Shown: positions 53,910 through 63,321 of the stretch, piece by piece
Position numbering within the stretch: position 1 is the stretch's first letter
Layout of the letters: every line of letters starts with the position of its first letter
Source: a virus
Length of the DNA stretch: 64,000 nucleotides
IMG/VR virus record: IMGVR_UViG_3300028833_000010
Direction: 5' to 3' (one strand)
Notes under the pieces: generated by a model
What the model saw: the letters and a program-made list of their open reading frames with translations, nothing else
Told to the model about the DNA's origin: nothing
Databases searched by the model: none
Program-made: the position numbers and the translations under genes

Positions 53910-54668
53910 ATGTCTGAAACAAATGAAACTCCGAAACGCAAACGGAGGACAAAGGAAGAGATTGAAGCTGCTAAGGCAGCAGGAACTTACAAACCAAGAA
54001 CAAGGAAGAAGGTTGAGGAAGCTCTAAAGGAGGAAACAGTGAAGGCTCCTGAGGAATTTCAAGCAAAACCTACGAAACTGCCTGCTGAACAATCCGTTCT
54101 GATTATGGCTTGCCTTCAGCCTGAGGTATCAAAGAAGGTTACTGACTTTGCAAAGGAGAAGGGTGTTGAGGTTGTAATTCTTGAAGACCGAGTAATTCAT
54201 GACTATTTGAGCGTCAGAGACCGTGAAGGAAAAGAGGAGAGAAGTTTGGGAGACTTTCTGAATGATACTTCCAATCGTTTACATGCTGAAGACCAATGTG
54301 TAAAGCTATGGATGATACTTACGAAAGGTCAACCGATTGAGAACGCAGAGCAAAGAGTATTCACGAGAACAGAAGTTGTTAAAGCAACTAATCTATCTCA
54401 CAGAAAAGCCGAGCAAGTCTTTCAGTTGCTCCGAGCCTTTGGAATGTTAAGATTTACAAAAGGAACTCACGAGTTTGTTCTCAACTTCGGTAAGAAGAAA
54501 TGTCAAGATACTATCAAGACAGAAGTTCTTGCGATGTGCAAAGCGTTGAACAGCGACATTCTCCGTTACAAGACATCAATCGAAGCTGATGCTGAATTAA
54601 CGAAAAAGCAAAAAGATGAAATGCTCAGAGAGTTACAAAAATCTGTTGATGAGACGATTGAGTATTAA
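53910..54668 (+). CDS. Hypothetical DNA-binding-like protein (possible small terminase by position)
   Basis: I placed the start at ATG 53910, after the exonuclease stop. It has a basic N-terminus and a wHTH-like segment (TRTEVVKATNLSHRKAEQVFQLLRAFGML). It lies immediately upstream of the large terminase. Confidence 0.3.
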   Translation: MSETNETPKRKRRTKEEIEAAKAAGTYKPRTRKKVEEALKEETVKAPEEFQAKPTKLPAEQSVLIMACLQPEVSKKVTDFAKEKGVEVVILEDRVIHDYLSVRDREGKEERSLGDFLNDTSNRLHAEDQCVKLWMILTKGQPIENAEQRVFTRTEVVKATNLSHRKAEQVFQLLRAFGMLRFTKGTHEFVLNFGKKKCQDTIKTEVLAMCKALNSDILRYKTSIEADAELTKKQKDEMLRELQKSVDETIEY

Positions 54669-54693
54669 GTAGAAACAATATAAAAATAGTTTG

Positions 54694-54725
54694 AAAGCTA
54701 ACAGGGCGCAATCCTTGTTAGCTTT
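54694..54725 (+). terminator. Hairpin upstream of the terminase gene
   Basis: AAAGCTAACAGG pairs with CCTTGTTAGCTTT, with one bulge. Confidence 0.5.
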
Positions 54726-54745
54726 GTCATATAAATAGGATTGAT

Positions 54746-56464
54746 ATGATAGCAACAGCATCAGACGTAATTACAAAAACTCCTGTGACCTTGTTACAGT
54801 CTCCGATGCATCAATTGGAATGTCTCAATATAGTAGACGAGATAATTGACGGCATGGATGATAAGGGCATATTGGAGCTTATGCAAGGTTCAGAAGGAGA
54901 CTTGGATTGGGTATTAGATAACTTGATGAAAGACACGTATCAGGTTATGTACACTGGCGACCCAAATATTGACTTCGCTCCGAAATACACAGAGAGACTT
55001 TCACAGTCAATCGAAGAAACATTGCGGACACGCAACCTTACTTACTTTATTACTTCTGTAATGCCAGACTTTCAATTATCTTGGCATCATTTGGAATGGG
55101 GAGACTTGGTACACCGATACAATAAATTATGTATCAATGCCGCACGTGACCACGGCAAATCATATTACTTCTCAAATGCCTATTGTGCATGGAAGCTCTA
55201 TTCTTACGCAAAACCAAAATCAAGTGCATTCTCTGCACGACCTACAAAGAGCAATTCCAATCGTGGATATTTGTTTAGCTTCTCACTCCAGCAGTCTGTT
55301 GACCTTATGGAGATTTTGAAGGGAACAATTGAAAGTAATGATATTCTCAAAGATAGGCTGTATCCTGATTCAAGGAATAGTGGAGCATGGGCGAGTACGA
55401 ACATAGTATGTAGGAACGGAGCGAGGTTGACGTGTAAGGGATTTGGGTCATCAGTACGTGGTGCTCACCCATACTGGATAGTAGTAGATGATGGATTGAA
55501 AGATAACGTCATCTACAGTGCCCTACAACGTCAGAAAAGCATAGATTATTTTCACTCTGTTATAATGAACATGCTCGTGCCAGGAGGACAAATCATTGTC
55601 GTTGGTACTCCGTTCCATGCTTCTGACTTATACGGAGATTTGAAGAGTAAGAGCATATTTGCCACACATAATAAGAAGGGGTGGTTTGTAATCGAATACC
55701 CTGCTATATTTCCTGATGGACGTATATTATGGCCACAGCGTTGGAGTTTCTTCGATTTGATGGACAAGAAAGCAACGCAAGGTAATATCATTTTCAGTCG
55801 TGAGAACTTATGTAGACCTATTACCAATGAGGCTTCTATATTCCCATTGAAAGTCTTGGAGCGTTCGTTGGTACGTATGGAGAACTATACGTTGGTACGC
55901 AATCGTGATGACTTCCCAATTAAGTTTAACAAAGTAGTTACTGGTTGTGACTTCGCAATATCTGCTAACGTAGGAAGTGACTACACTGTGTTCACAACTT
56001 GGGGTGTTGATGACGAAACAGGAGAGCGTTGGTTGTTGAACTTCTACAGAGATAAAGGCAAGACTTTCCACGAACAGATGCAAATATTGAAAGGAATTAA
56101 CGCAAGATTTAGACCTGATAGCATGGTGATGGAGCAAAACACATTCCAACAGATATTTGTTGAGGAAAGTGATAAACAAGGGTTGCCAGTTATAGGACAT
56201 ACCACTGGAATAGATAAGTACGACTTGAAGACAGGGTGGCCTGGACTGGCCATAGATTTTGAGCGAGGTAAGATACATATACCAATTGGCGATAAGTATT
56301 CACAAGACGTGAAAGATTTGATTTTCTCAGACCTTGGTTCTGTAGCGTTCACCGATAAGGGTTTGGAGAGTGTAGGTGAGCATGACGATATTTCGTCAAG
56401 TTTTTGGCTTGCTAAATTAGCTGCTAACTTGATAACCACTGGCTTCAAATACACCTTCCTTTAA
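54746..56464 (+). CDS. terL: Terminase large subunit
   Basis: Walker A-like NAARDHGKS, Walker B YWIVVDDG, coupling motif VVGTPFH, and a C-terminal RNase-H-like nuclease beginning VTGCDFAIS. Confidence 0.7.
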   Translation: MIATASDVITKTPVTLLQSPMHQLECLNIVDEIIDGMDDKGILELMQGSEGDLDWVLDNLMKDTYQVMYTGDPNIDFAPKYTERLSQSIEETLRTRNLTYFITSVMPDFQLSWHHLEWGDLVHRYNKLCINAARDHGKSYYFSNAYCAWKLYSYAKPKSSAFSARPTKSNSNRGYLFSFSLQQSVDLMEILKGTIESNDILKDRLYPDSRNSGAWASTNIVCRNGARLTCKGFGSSVRGAHPYWIVVDDGLKDNVIYSALQRQKSIDYFHSVIMNMLVPGGQIIVVGTPFHASDLYGDLKSKSIFATHNKKGWFVIEYPAIFPDGRILWPQRWSFFDLMDKKATQGNIIFSRENLCRPITNEASIFPLKVLERSLVRMENYTLVRNRDDFPIKFNKVVTGCDFAISANVGSDYTVFTTWGVDDETGERWLLNFYRDKGKTFHEQMQILKGINARFRPDSMVMEQNTFQQIFVEESDKQGLPVIGHTTGIDKYDLKTGWPGLAIDFERGKIHIPIGDKYSQDVKDLIFSDLGSVAFTDKGLESVGEHDDISSSFWLAKLAANLITTGFKYTFL

Positions 56465-56524
56465 TGCCCAGAGTTTATAATGATGTAGATGTTTAGATTT
56501 AATAACAATAAAAGAAGATTAGAC

Positions 56525-56968
56525 ATGAAACAAAGAAAAGTCAAGATGATTTTAAAAGATGGTGGTGAAGCTCCTGTCTATGCTACTCCTGGAAGTTCAG
56601 GAGCTGATGTTAGAGCAAATGAAACTTTCACAATTCAGCCTAATGAACGCAAGATGATTCACACTGGTATTTACATGCAATTGCCAGAAGACATGGAAGT
56701 TCAAGTAAGACCAAGAAGCGGACTTGCTATAAAACATGGCATTACTTGCGTTAACGCACCAGGCACTATTGATAGCGATTATCATGGTGAGTGCAATGTC
56801 CTTCTTATAAATCACGGAGACAAAGAAGTGAGCTTTGAGAAGGGAGAACGCATTGCTCAGTTTGTATTTGTAGAGAATGTTGTTCATGCAGACTTTGAGT
56901 TTGTTGAAGAGTTTTCCGAGACTACGGAAAGAGGAGAAGGAGGATTTGGTCACACAGGAACTAAATAA
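56525..56968 (+). CDS. dut: dUTP diphosphatase (trimeric dUTPase)
   Basis: Motifs GSSGADVRA, RPRSGLA, GTIDSDYHGE, RIAQ and ERGEGGFGHTG. I placed the start at ATG 56525. Confidence 0.85.
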   Translation: MKQRKVKMILKDGGEAPVYATPGSSGADVRANETFTIQPNERKMIHTGIYMQLPEDMEVQVRPRSGLAIKHGITCVNAPGTIDSDYHGECNVLLINHGDKEVSFEKGERIAQFVFVENVVHADFEFVEEFSETTERGEGGFGHTGTK

Positions 56969-56995
56969 CAGAATGAGCCTGTGAATTAAACAGAT

Positions 56996-57292
56996 ATGAA
57001 GATTGAAAGTTTTATATTAAAAATTCTCAAGAATATTGAAGAGACTTGGCCAGAAGTTGTTTGCTATGCTTATAAGACTGGTAATGCTATGATGACTTAT
57101 GTTTGGTGGGAAGTCTCTGTTTCAGATTTTGAATTATATATGCACGATAAGCGTTTCAAGACTTTAATCAACGCTTGGTATAAGGCAGCGAAAGTTCAAG
57201 GACATAAGATAATTTTTGTTTGCGATTGGAAGCCTACGGAGGAGAAACTTGTGAAACTGGCAGAAGATGATAACTTGATATTGAGTGTGTAA
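56996..57292 (+). CDS. Hypothetical protein
   Basis: 98-aa ORF. Confidence 0.4.
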   Translation: MKIESFILKILKNIEETWPEVVCYAYKTGNAMMTYVWWEVSVSDFELYMHDKRFKTLINAWYKAAKVQGHKIIFVCDWKPTEEKLVKLAEDDNLILSV

Positions 57293-57317
57293 TTTTTTTA
57301 TTTTTCATAGAGGTAGT

Positions 57318-57358
57318 GGGAGGAGTTGCTTGTGAAAGTAGCTCTTCCTTTTTTTTTT
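57318..57358 (+). terminator. Imperfect hairpin plus T10 tract
   Basis: GGGAGGAGTTGCT...AGTAGCTCTTCC followed by TTTTTTTTTT. Confidence 0.55.
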
Positions 57359-57395
57359 ACAAAAAGTTAAATTTAGCAAAGTTTTTTATAAAAAG

Positions 57396-57429
57396 TTTTG
57401 CGGTCATAAAATAAGTTCGTATCTTCGTA
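57396..57429 (+). promoter_or_regulatory. Class-1 promoter copy P4
   Basis: GTTTTGCGG with TTTG ending at 57400, a 19-nt gap, then TATCTTCGTA (57420-57429). Confidence 0.55.
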
Positions 57430-57452
57430 CAGATAATCAATATAACAAAGTC

Positions 57453-58934
57453 ATGGGAACATTCATACCAAGTAAATATCAAAGAGCTGTTTACACCTAC
57501 ATTGAGAAGGGTAAGGGCAATGCGGTTATAGATGCAGTAGCAGGTTCAGGTAAATCTACAACAATTGTAAATGCGTTGAAACTTATTCCGAAGGATAAAA
57601 GAGTATTATTTTTAGCATTCAACAAGGCAATTGTAGAGGAACTAAAAATCAAAGTGGGCAATCTCAACAACGTAGACATTAAAACGCTACACAGCTTGGG
57701 AGCTTCAGCAACTATGCGAGCTTTGAACTCCCAGCTTCAGGTTGATAAATATACGGCTTGGGTAAATAATGGTATTAAATACTCTTCACTTTCTCCGAAG
57801 TCTGATTTGTTGCCTGAACAGATGTCGACTTGGAAGGGAAATATATTGAAGCTTATTGACCTTGGTAGAGTGAACTTGGTTAAGTCAGAGAAGGAATTGG
57901 AAGAACTTGCTTGGAAACATAATATTGATTTGGAAGATAACGAAGTTGATATTGCTATTAAGGGTATAAATTGGGGAGAAGTAGAAACACAAGTCATAGA
58001 TTTTACAGACATGATATATTTCCCCAACGTCAAACGAATAAAGATGTTCCAATATGATTGGGTATTTATAGATGAATGTCAAGACCTTAATGCAGCTCAA
58101 AGAAACTTGTTTTTGAAATGTTTGAAACCGAATGGAAGATTTGTAGCCGTAGGAGACCCACGTCAGGCAATATATGGGTTTGCTGGAGCAGACGTTGAAA
58201 GTTTCAATCTTTTGAAGAGACTTCCGCATACAGTGAAACTTCCTTTGTCTGTATGTTATCGTTGCGATGGAGACATAATTAGTTTAGCTAAGGATATAGT
58301 GCCTCAGATAGAAGCAAGAGAAGGTGCGCCAGCAGGTGTAGTTAGTAGAGAAAGTGTTGTGGCGGATGTTAAGGATGGTGATATGATACTTTGCAGGGTT
58401 TCAGCTCCGTTGGTTAAATTATGTATGCAATATATCGGGAAGGGAGTGAAAGCATATGTGAAAGGTAAGGATGTTGGAACTAATCTTATTAACATGATAA
58501 AGAAAACTAATCGCAAGCAGATTAAAGACGTAATGGAACGGCTTGAAAGGGAATTATCACGGATAATTGGAAAGGTGGTAGCAAAGCAGGGATGCACCGA
58601 AGCTGAAGCAAAAGAACATGAAATGTACAAGAGCTACGAAGATAAGTTGAAAGCAATAGAAGTTCTTTCAGAAGGATTGGAAACTTCACAAGAAGTTATT
58701 GACCGCATAGATATGATTTTCTCCGATGATAACAAGAATGGTATTTGTTTGAGCACAATTCATAAATCGAAGGGATTGGAAAGCGACAGAGTATTCATCA
58801 TATGTGAAGATAAGCTGTATTTGAAATATTGTATGTCTGTTCCTTGGATGGCAGAACAAGAAAGGAACTTGGTTTATGTAGCTTATACAAGAGCAAAACA
58901 TTTCCTTGGTTTCATTCAGGACTTCGTGGCATAA
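57453..58934 (+). CDS. UvrD/Rep-like SF1 DNA helicase, paralog 2
   Basis: AVAGSGKST, FIDECQDL, VGDPRQAIYGFAGA, STIHKSKGLE and YVAYTRAK. It is collinear with the helicase at 38651..40138. Confidence 0.75.
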   Translation: MGTFIPSKYQRAVYTYIEKGKGNAVIDAVAGSGKSTTIVNALKLIPKDKRVLFLAFNKAIVEELKIKVGNLNNVDIKTLHSLGASATMRALNSQLQVDKYTAWVNNGIKYSSLSPKSDLLPEQMSTWKGNILKLIDLGRVNLVKSEKELEELAWKHNIDLEDNEVDIAIKGINWGEVETQVIDFTDMIYFPNVKRIKMFQYDWVFIDECQDLNAAQRNLFLKCLKPNGRFVAVGDPRQAIYGFAGADVESFNLLKRLPHTVKLPLSVCYRCDGDIISLAKDIVPQIEAREGAPAGVVSRESVVADVKDGDMILCRVSAPLVKLCMQYIGKGVKAYVKGKDVGTNLINMIKKTNRKQIKDVMERLERELSRIIGKVVAKQGCTEAEAKEHEMYKSYEDKLKAIEVLSEGLETSQEVIDRIDMIFSDDNKNGICLSTIHKSKGLESDRVFIICEDKLYLKYCMSVPWMAEQERNLVYVAYTRAKHFLGFIQDFVA

Positions 58935-58965
58935 TCTAAGGATTGATTGTGATGAAAGTTAAAAA

Positions 58966-58996
58966 GCGAGAATTTTCCAAAGATTTTCGCTTTTTT
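58966..58996 (+). terminator. Intrinsic terminator
   Basis: GCGAGAATT pairs with AGATTTTCGC (with G-U pairs) and is followed by a T6 tract. Confidence 0.65.
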
Positions 58997-58997
58997 A

Positions 58998-59031
58998 TTT
59001 TGCCGTTTCAAAAATACTTCGTATCTTCGTA
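58998..59031 (+). promoter_or_regulatory. Class-1 promoter copy P3
   Basis: TTTTGCCG (58998-59005), a 19-nt gap after TTTG, then TATCTTCGTA (59022-59031). Confidence 0.6.
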
Positions 59032-59079
59032 GTGTAATTGTAAATAAAGATTGTAAATCAAACAGTAAATTTCAAACAT

Positions 59080-59859
59080 ATGGAAGCAACAAATCAAAAT
59101 TTGGACAGCGTATTAAAGAAGCTGAGAAAGTTACAAAACCTTTATGAAGGTGCAAAGAAAATTAATTCTGAAGGGGAAGCAAACGCAGCAGCTGCGGCAA
59201 TCCAAAGACTTCTCACCCAGTACAATTTGTCGATGGACGAGATTGGAACGGATGAGGAGAAAGCAAAAGACTCTGTGCTTGAGGAAAAGGTAGATGGTTT
59301 TACTTACAAGAGTATCGGAGGTGAATGGGAGTTCCGTTTGTTGTACGTTATTTGTAAGTGGAATTTTTGCAAATGTTTTCAAGTAGGAGGCACTTACAAG
59401 AAATTGATGATTTTCGGCAAGAAAGAAAATATTGAAACTGTTAAGTGGTTGCGTTCGATGCTTGCTGAACGTTTTGTATCATTCTCCAAAAACAGATTCA
59501 ACGAGTACAAGAAAACTATGGAGTATGCTCTAAATCCTATCAGTATGGATAAGTATCAGAGAAGTTACTTGATGGGATGTGCGGCTGGACTGGATGCTAA
59601 ACTGAAAGAAGAGAGCGACCGAGAAAAAGCGAAGGATGCCGAATTTGGAGCAAAAGTAACTGCCTTGGTAGTTCGTAATGATGCAGCCGTTACCGAGTAT
59701 ATTGAAAGCAAATACAAGATAGGTAAGGGAAAGGCAAGAAGAGAGAAATTTGATTCAGCCAGAGCCTTCGGGTTCAGAGATGGCAAAAATACTGAGCTTC
59801 ATAAACAAGTAAGTTCGGGAGCGAAGAGTCAAGCCAGTGGAGTGAAATTGCTTAAATGA
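59080..59859 (+). CDS. DUF2786-like protein
   Basis: The N-terminal LKKLRKLQNLYEGAKKINSEGEANAAAAAIQRLLTQYNLSMDEI matches my recollection of the DUF2786 helical motif. Confidence 0.45.
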   Translation: MEATNQNLDSVLKKLRKLQNLYEGAKKINSEGEANAAAAAIQRLLTQYNLSMDEIGTDEEKAKDSVLEEKVDGFTYKSIGGEWEFRLLYVICKWNFCKCFQVGGTYKKLMIFGKKENIETVKWLRSMLAERFVSFSKNRFNEYKKTMEYALNPISMDKYQRSYLMGCAAGLDAKLKEESDREKAKDAEFGAKVTALVVRNDAAVTEYIESKYKIGKGKARREKFDSARAFGFRDGKNTELHKQVSSGAKSQASGVKLLK

Positions 59860-59880
59860 CCATATGTGTTTGATTGAGAT

Positions 59881-59912
59881 TATGGGGGTTGTTCTTCGGA
59901 ATGACTCCCATA
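59881..59912 (+). terminator. Long hairpin with a UUCG tetraloop
   Basis: TATGGGGGTTGTTC-TTCG-GAATGACTCCCATA pairs throughout, with G-U pairs. Confidence 0.55.
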
Positions 59913-59937
59913 GTTATTTATAAGAAAACTTTTGAAC

Positions 59938-60912
59938 ATGAATATATTATTTGATGGTAACTATTTGTTCCACAAAACATTCTCCGTTTTCTCTACTTAT
60001 TACAAAGGGCAGGACATGGGAGAAGTTTTACAAGATAAGGAGAAACAACAAGTATTGATACGCAAATGTATTATGGATATGTGCTTTGCTTTAAAAAAGT
60101 TTAAGGACATCAAACGAGTAGCATTTGTGATAGATAGCTCTTCATGGCGTTACAGTATATACGATGATTATAAGTACGCTCTTACGAGGGTCAGAGACCC
60201 ATTTTACAAGCATTTCCTGACTGTATTAGATATGTTTGAGGCTCTTCTTCGGAAAAAGGGGTTAATCGTCAGTAGGGTCATGGGAGCAGAGGGTGATGAC
60301 CTTCTGTACGTATGGGGGTTGTATTTCGGATATTGTTTGGACGAGGAATTGGTGATAATCACTGGTGACTCTGATATTCGACAAATCATGAATAAAAATG
60401 TTTCCTTGTTCAATAACAACTCAAAGAACTTGAAAATGTATTGTATTCCAGAGAAGGAAGTATTTTGGAACGAGTATCTTGAAACCGATGTTCAGGTCAT
60501 ACCTACGAAGCCATTTGAGGTTTTGTTATATAAGGTCATCATGGGAGACACTTCTGATAACATTCCGAAGCTCAAAGTGGGGTTTGGACAAAAGGCTTTT
60601 GATAAGTTTATTGAATCAATTTCTCCTTATCAAGAGCCAAAGGATATTGACCTTGTACCAATGGCTCAATGGATTGCTAAACATTTCTCTGAGTTTACGA
60701 AAATGAAAGAGGAGGAAGTGTTGGGACAAGTTTTATTTAATCTGAAGATGACGTGGTTGAACTTGTCTGTATATAACAATACCGATTATCAGACAGAAAA
60801 CGGCAAAAGCCTTCTTGAAAATATGCTTGACGATGTAAACGAACAAAAAAATAAATACAGTTATAGTAAGGCATACACATTAGAAGATTTTTATGGCATG
60901 GCAATTAAATAA
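59938..60912 (+). CDS. 5'-3' exonuclease / flap endonuclease (T4 RNase H / FEN, PIN-like)
   Basis: ILFDGNYLFHK, VIDSSSWRY, GAEGDDL, ITGDSDIRQ and MGDTSDNIPKL..GFGQK, the FEN-family acidic clusters plus an H3TH-like segment. Confidence 0.7.
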   Translation: MNILFDGNYLFHKTFSVFSTYYKGQDMGEVLQDKEKQQVLIRKCIMDMCFALKKFKDIKRVAFVIDSSSWRYSIYDDYKYALTRVRDPFYKHFLTVLDMFEALLRKKGLIVSRVMGAEGDDLLYVWGLYFGYCLDEELVIITGDSDIRQIMNKNVSLFNNNSKNLKMYCIPEKEVFWNEYLETDVQVIPTKPFEVLLYKVIMGDTSDNIPKLKVGFGQKAFDKFIESISPYQEPKDIDLVPMAQWIAKHFSEFTKMKEEEVLGQVLFNLKMTWLNLSVYNNTDYQTENGKSLLENMLDDVNEQKNKYSYSKAYTLEDFYGMAIK

Positions 60913-60918
60913 ACATTG

Positions 60919-61098
60919 ATGAATATGAAAAAGAAAACAATCATCTGGGTTGCAATTATTGTAGCTGTAGTTATCGGAGTGTTGGTGTATATGCATTACA
61001 CTCCTGTTTGGGTATCAATCTCAAACGTTGTGAGTTTAGCAATCGGTGTCGTTGTCGGCTGGATTGCTCATGTTTTGTATAACAAATATATCAAATAG
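60919..61098 (+). CDS. Small two-pass membrane protein
   Basis: Hydrophobic segments IIWVAIIVAVVIGVLVY and VVSLAIGVVVGWIAHVLY. Confidence 0.4.
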   Translation: MNMKKKTIIWVAIIVAVVIGVLVYMHYTPVWVSISNVVSLAIGVVVGWIAHVLYNKYIK

Positions 61099-61103
61099 TA
61101 ATC

Positions 61104-61763
61104 ATGGACGAAATTAGAAAAGCAATTCAAGGAGCAAGAGCTGCTCAGCGAGAACGCATCATGGAAAGTTTTTTAAACTTCCAAGAAGTAACAGCGGATG
61201 ATGATGCTATCCGCAAGGGTGAAGAAGATGAAAATCCATTTGATATAGCTGCCGAAGAAGCTGACATGGAGAAGTCTGATATAATGGATGCTTTAAGCTA
61301 TCAGTCAGACATTAAAGTGTCCAAGACTGGTAAGGAGATTAAAGACCAAGTGGACACTGTTATACTGCCTGATATTAATGCAGACTTGGCTGTAAAGGAA
61401 GCTGAAGCTGACGAGAAGTTGAAAGACTGCGGAACAGCTCCGACCAAAGACCCAGACAAATATTGGACAGACGGCATTGAGATGGATTGTGGTTACAAAA
61501 TCTATGATTGGAACGAAACCTATGTTCCAGACAATAACTCAGGAAATATGATGAGTTCTCTTTCAGCCGAAGATGCGGAAGCTAAGAAAGGTAACGTGCC
61601 TGAAAATCAAGAACAAGCATTGTGTCGTAGAGAGTACAACGAAATTGTAAGAGCCATTTGTAATATCAAAGTTGATATCAAAGCGTGTGAGATTTTGAAA
61701 ACTCTTGCGGATAACAAAGAGTTTGAACTTTCACCACGTCAGGTATTAGCATTGAGATTTTAG
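61104..61763 (+). CDS. Hypothetical acidic protein
   Basis: 219-aa ORF. Confidence 0.4.
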   Translation: MDEIRKAIQGARAAQRERIMESFLNFQEVTADDDAIRKGEEDENPFDIAAEEADMEKSDIMDALSYQSDIKVSKTGKEIKDQVDTVILPDINADLAVKEAEADEKLKDCGTAPTKDPDKYWTDGIEMDCGYKIYDWNETYVPDNNSGNMMSSLSAEDAEAKKGNVPENQEQALCRREYNEIVRAICNIKVDIKACEILKTLADNKEFELSPRQVLALRF

Positions 61764-61791
61764 TGTGTGGGGTTTTTATTGAGTTGAAGAG

Positions 61792-61830
61792 GGGAATTGA
61801 GTTGTGAAACTTGATTCCCTTTCATTTTTA
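61792..61830 (+). terminator. Intrinsic terminator with a GTGA loop
   Basis: GGGAATTGAGTT (61792-61803) pairs with AACTTGATTCCC (61808-61819), including two G-U pairs, and is followed by a T-rich tract. Confidence 0.65.
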
Positions 61831-61862
61831 TTTCCCATAGTTATTAAGTAAAATGTTATAGT

Positions 61863-62204
61863 ATGTCAATAGATAACAATAATCCAAAAGTCTGGAGCTA
61901 CTTTAAGCGAGGAGATATTGTCAATGATTCAGAAGATAGTGTGTGGGGTAATACTAAATTTGAAATCACTGGGTTTCATGGTAATTGGTACTGTCCTTTA
62001 TTATCAACGAATATATGTGGCAAGTTATATCCCAGTGGCAAGCCTCAGCGTTGTAATTTAGTAGCAACAGAAGCAAGGTTAATTAATGCAGCTCAACGAC
62101 CTTTCAAAAGAATGAAAAAAGTTCCTTTGCTGAAATTAATGGCGAAAGGAAACTTGGAAGCGAGGAGAGAATTTGTTATGAGAGTAAACACAAAAACTTT
62201 ATAA
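61863..62204 (+). CDS. Hypothetical protein
   Basis: 113-aa ORF. Confidence 0.4.
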   Translation: MSIDNNNPKVWSYFKRGDIVNDSEDSVWGNTKFEITGFHGNWYCPLLSTNICGKLYPSGKPQRCNLVATEARLINAAQRPFKRMKKVPLLKLMAKGNLEARREFVMRVNTKTL

Positions 62205-62207
62205 TTT

Positions 62208-63320
62208 ATGTTTGAACAAGCAACATGGTATGACAAGCTCCCAGACGAGACCTTGGAAGTATACGAGCCTCATTTGAGATTATTCTTTGAGACTATGTAT
62301 GAGCGACAAATGATTTGGAAACGTAGGTTCATAGATAAGAAGGAGAGACCTTGGACAGATAACAAGATATTCCAAGAGTCAAAATTTACGAACGTGTACA
62401 GAGAACTTGACCGAAACAGTCAGTGGCAAATCAAAAACATTCTTCTTGATGAAAGTCTTTCTTTGAAAAACTTGATTTGGAAGATGATGGTTTTCCGTTT
62501 CTTCAACAATCCTGAAACCTTCGAGTTTGAATCAAGGGGAAAGAGTGTTCAACTCAGTTTATTTGGAGCACCTATCAAATCAGGACTTAAACAAGCTCAA
62601 TCCAAAGATGAGCTCATTTCAGCTAAAAAATGGAAAAATGGTATTCCTGATTGGGAGGAGTATGATGAGGATGAATTTAGTCGTTTTATTGCTGGTGTTA
62701 GGAGTTCAGGACAAAATCCATATACAACTGCTTATTTGATAAACTCTCAGGCAACACCTGGTCAACCGAGAGATTATTGTTATACAAAGGTTGTAATTCC
62801 TCACCTTCATAAAAATGTAGGAAAACTCATTGATACAGTGATGAAAGCTAAGAAGCCAGAAGATATTATTGAGTATCTGAAAACATTCCCTGCGGTTGCT
62901 GACTTTATTGCTCATGAGTTCTATCAGGACTTCACATATATAGAGCGGTACAGAGGTAAGCAATTTATGAAGTTCGACCAAAATGACTTCACGAATGTTG
63001 GACCAGGGTGCAGTATCGGCATACGACTTATTTATCCAAACCTTTCAACAATCAAAGAACAGAAGCCTGCTATTTATTGGCTCAGAGACCTTGCTGCAGA
63101 ATGGCTTGAAAAGATTGGCGAAGAGAAGGGTGAGCGTTTTCCATATCTTTATTGGGACATAAAAGAAGGTAAGTATTATACAGCCGATGAGCCAAACATA
63201 ACTCTTCATCAGATTGAGATGTGGCTATGCGAGTTCCAAAAATATTGGAAGATGATTATTGGAGAAGGTAAGCAGCGTAGCAAATTTCAACCAAGGAGTA
63301 AATCAATCATTTCAAAATAA
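62208..63320 (+). CDS. Candidate DNA base-hypermodification protein (aGPT-pyrophosphorylase / 5-hmdU-DNA-kinase helical-domain superfamily)
   Basis: The N-terminal YERQMIWKRRFIDKKERPWTDNKIFQESKFTNVYRELDRNSQW matches the signature I recall for this all-alpha family (..R..I...R......PWT.D.I....FTN.YR..DR.SQ). No P-loop is present. Confidence 0.5.
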   Translation: MFEQATWYDKLPDETLEVYEPHLRLFFETMYERQMIWKRRFIDKKERPWTDNKIFQESKFTNVYRELDRNSQWQIKNILLDESLSLKNLIWKMMVFRFFNNPETFEFESRGKSVQLSLFGAPIKSGLKQAQSKDELISAKKWKNGIPDWEEYDEDEFSRFIAGVRSSGQNPYTTAYLINSQATPGQPRDYCYTKVVIPHLHKNVGKLIDTVMKAKKPEDIIEYLKTFPAVADFIAHEFYQDFTYIERYRGKQFMKFDQNDFTNVGPGCSIGIRLIYPNLSTIKEQKPAIYWLRDLAAEWLEKIGEEKGERFPYLYWDIKEGKYYTADEPNITLHQIEMWLCEFQKYWKMIIGEGKQRSKFQPRSKSIISK

Positions 63321-63321
63321 A

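Noticed and set aside
22769-59031. The repeated terminator-promoter cassettes (five copies) considered as a possible CRISPR-like array or MITE-type mobile repeat.
   Set aside because: The copies are 1.5-23 kb apart and each precedes a gene. They lack inverted termini and target-site duplications. They have exact -33/-7 promoter geometry. A regulatory cassette is the simpler explanation.
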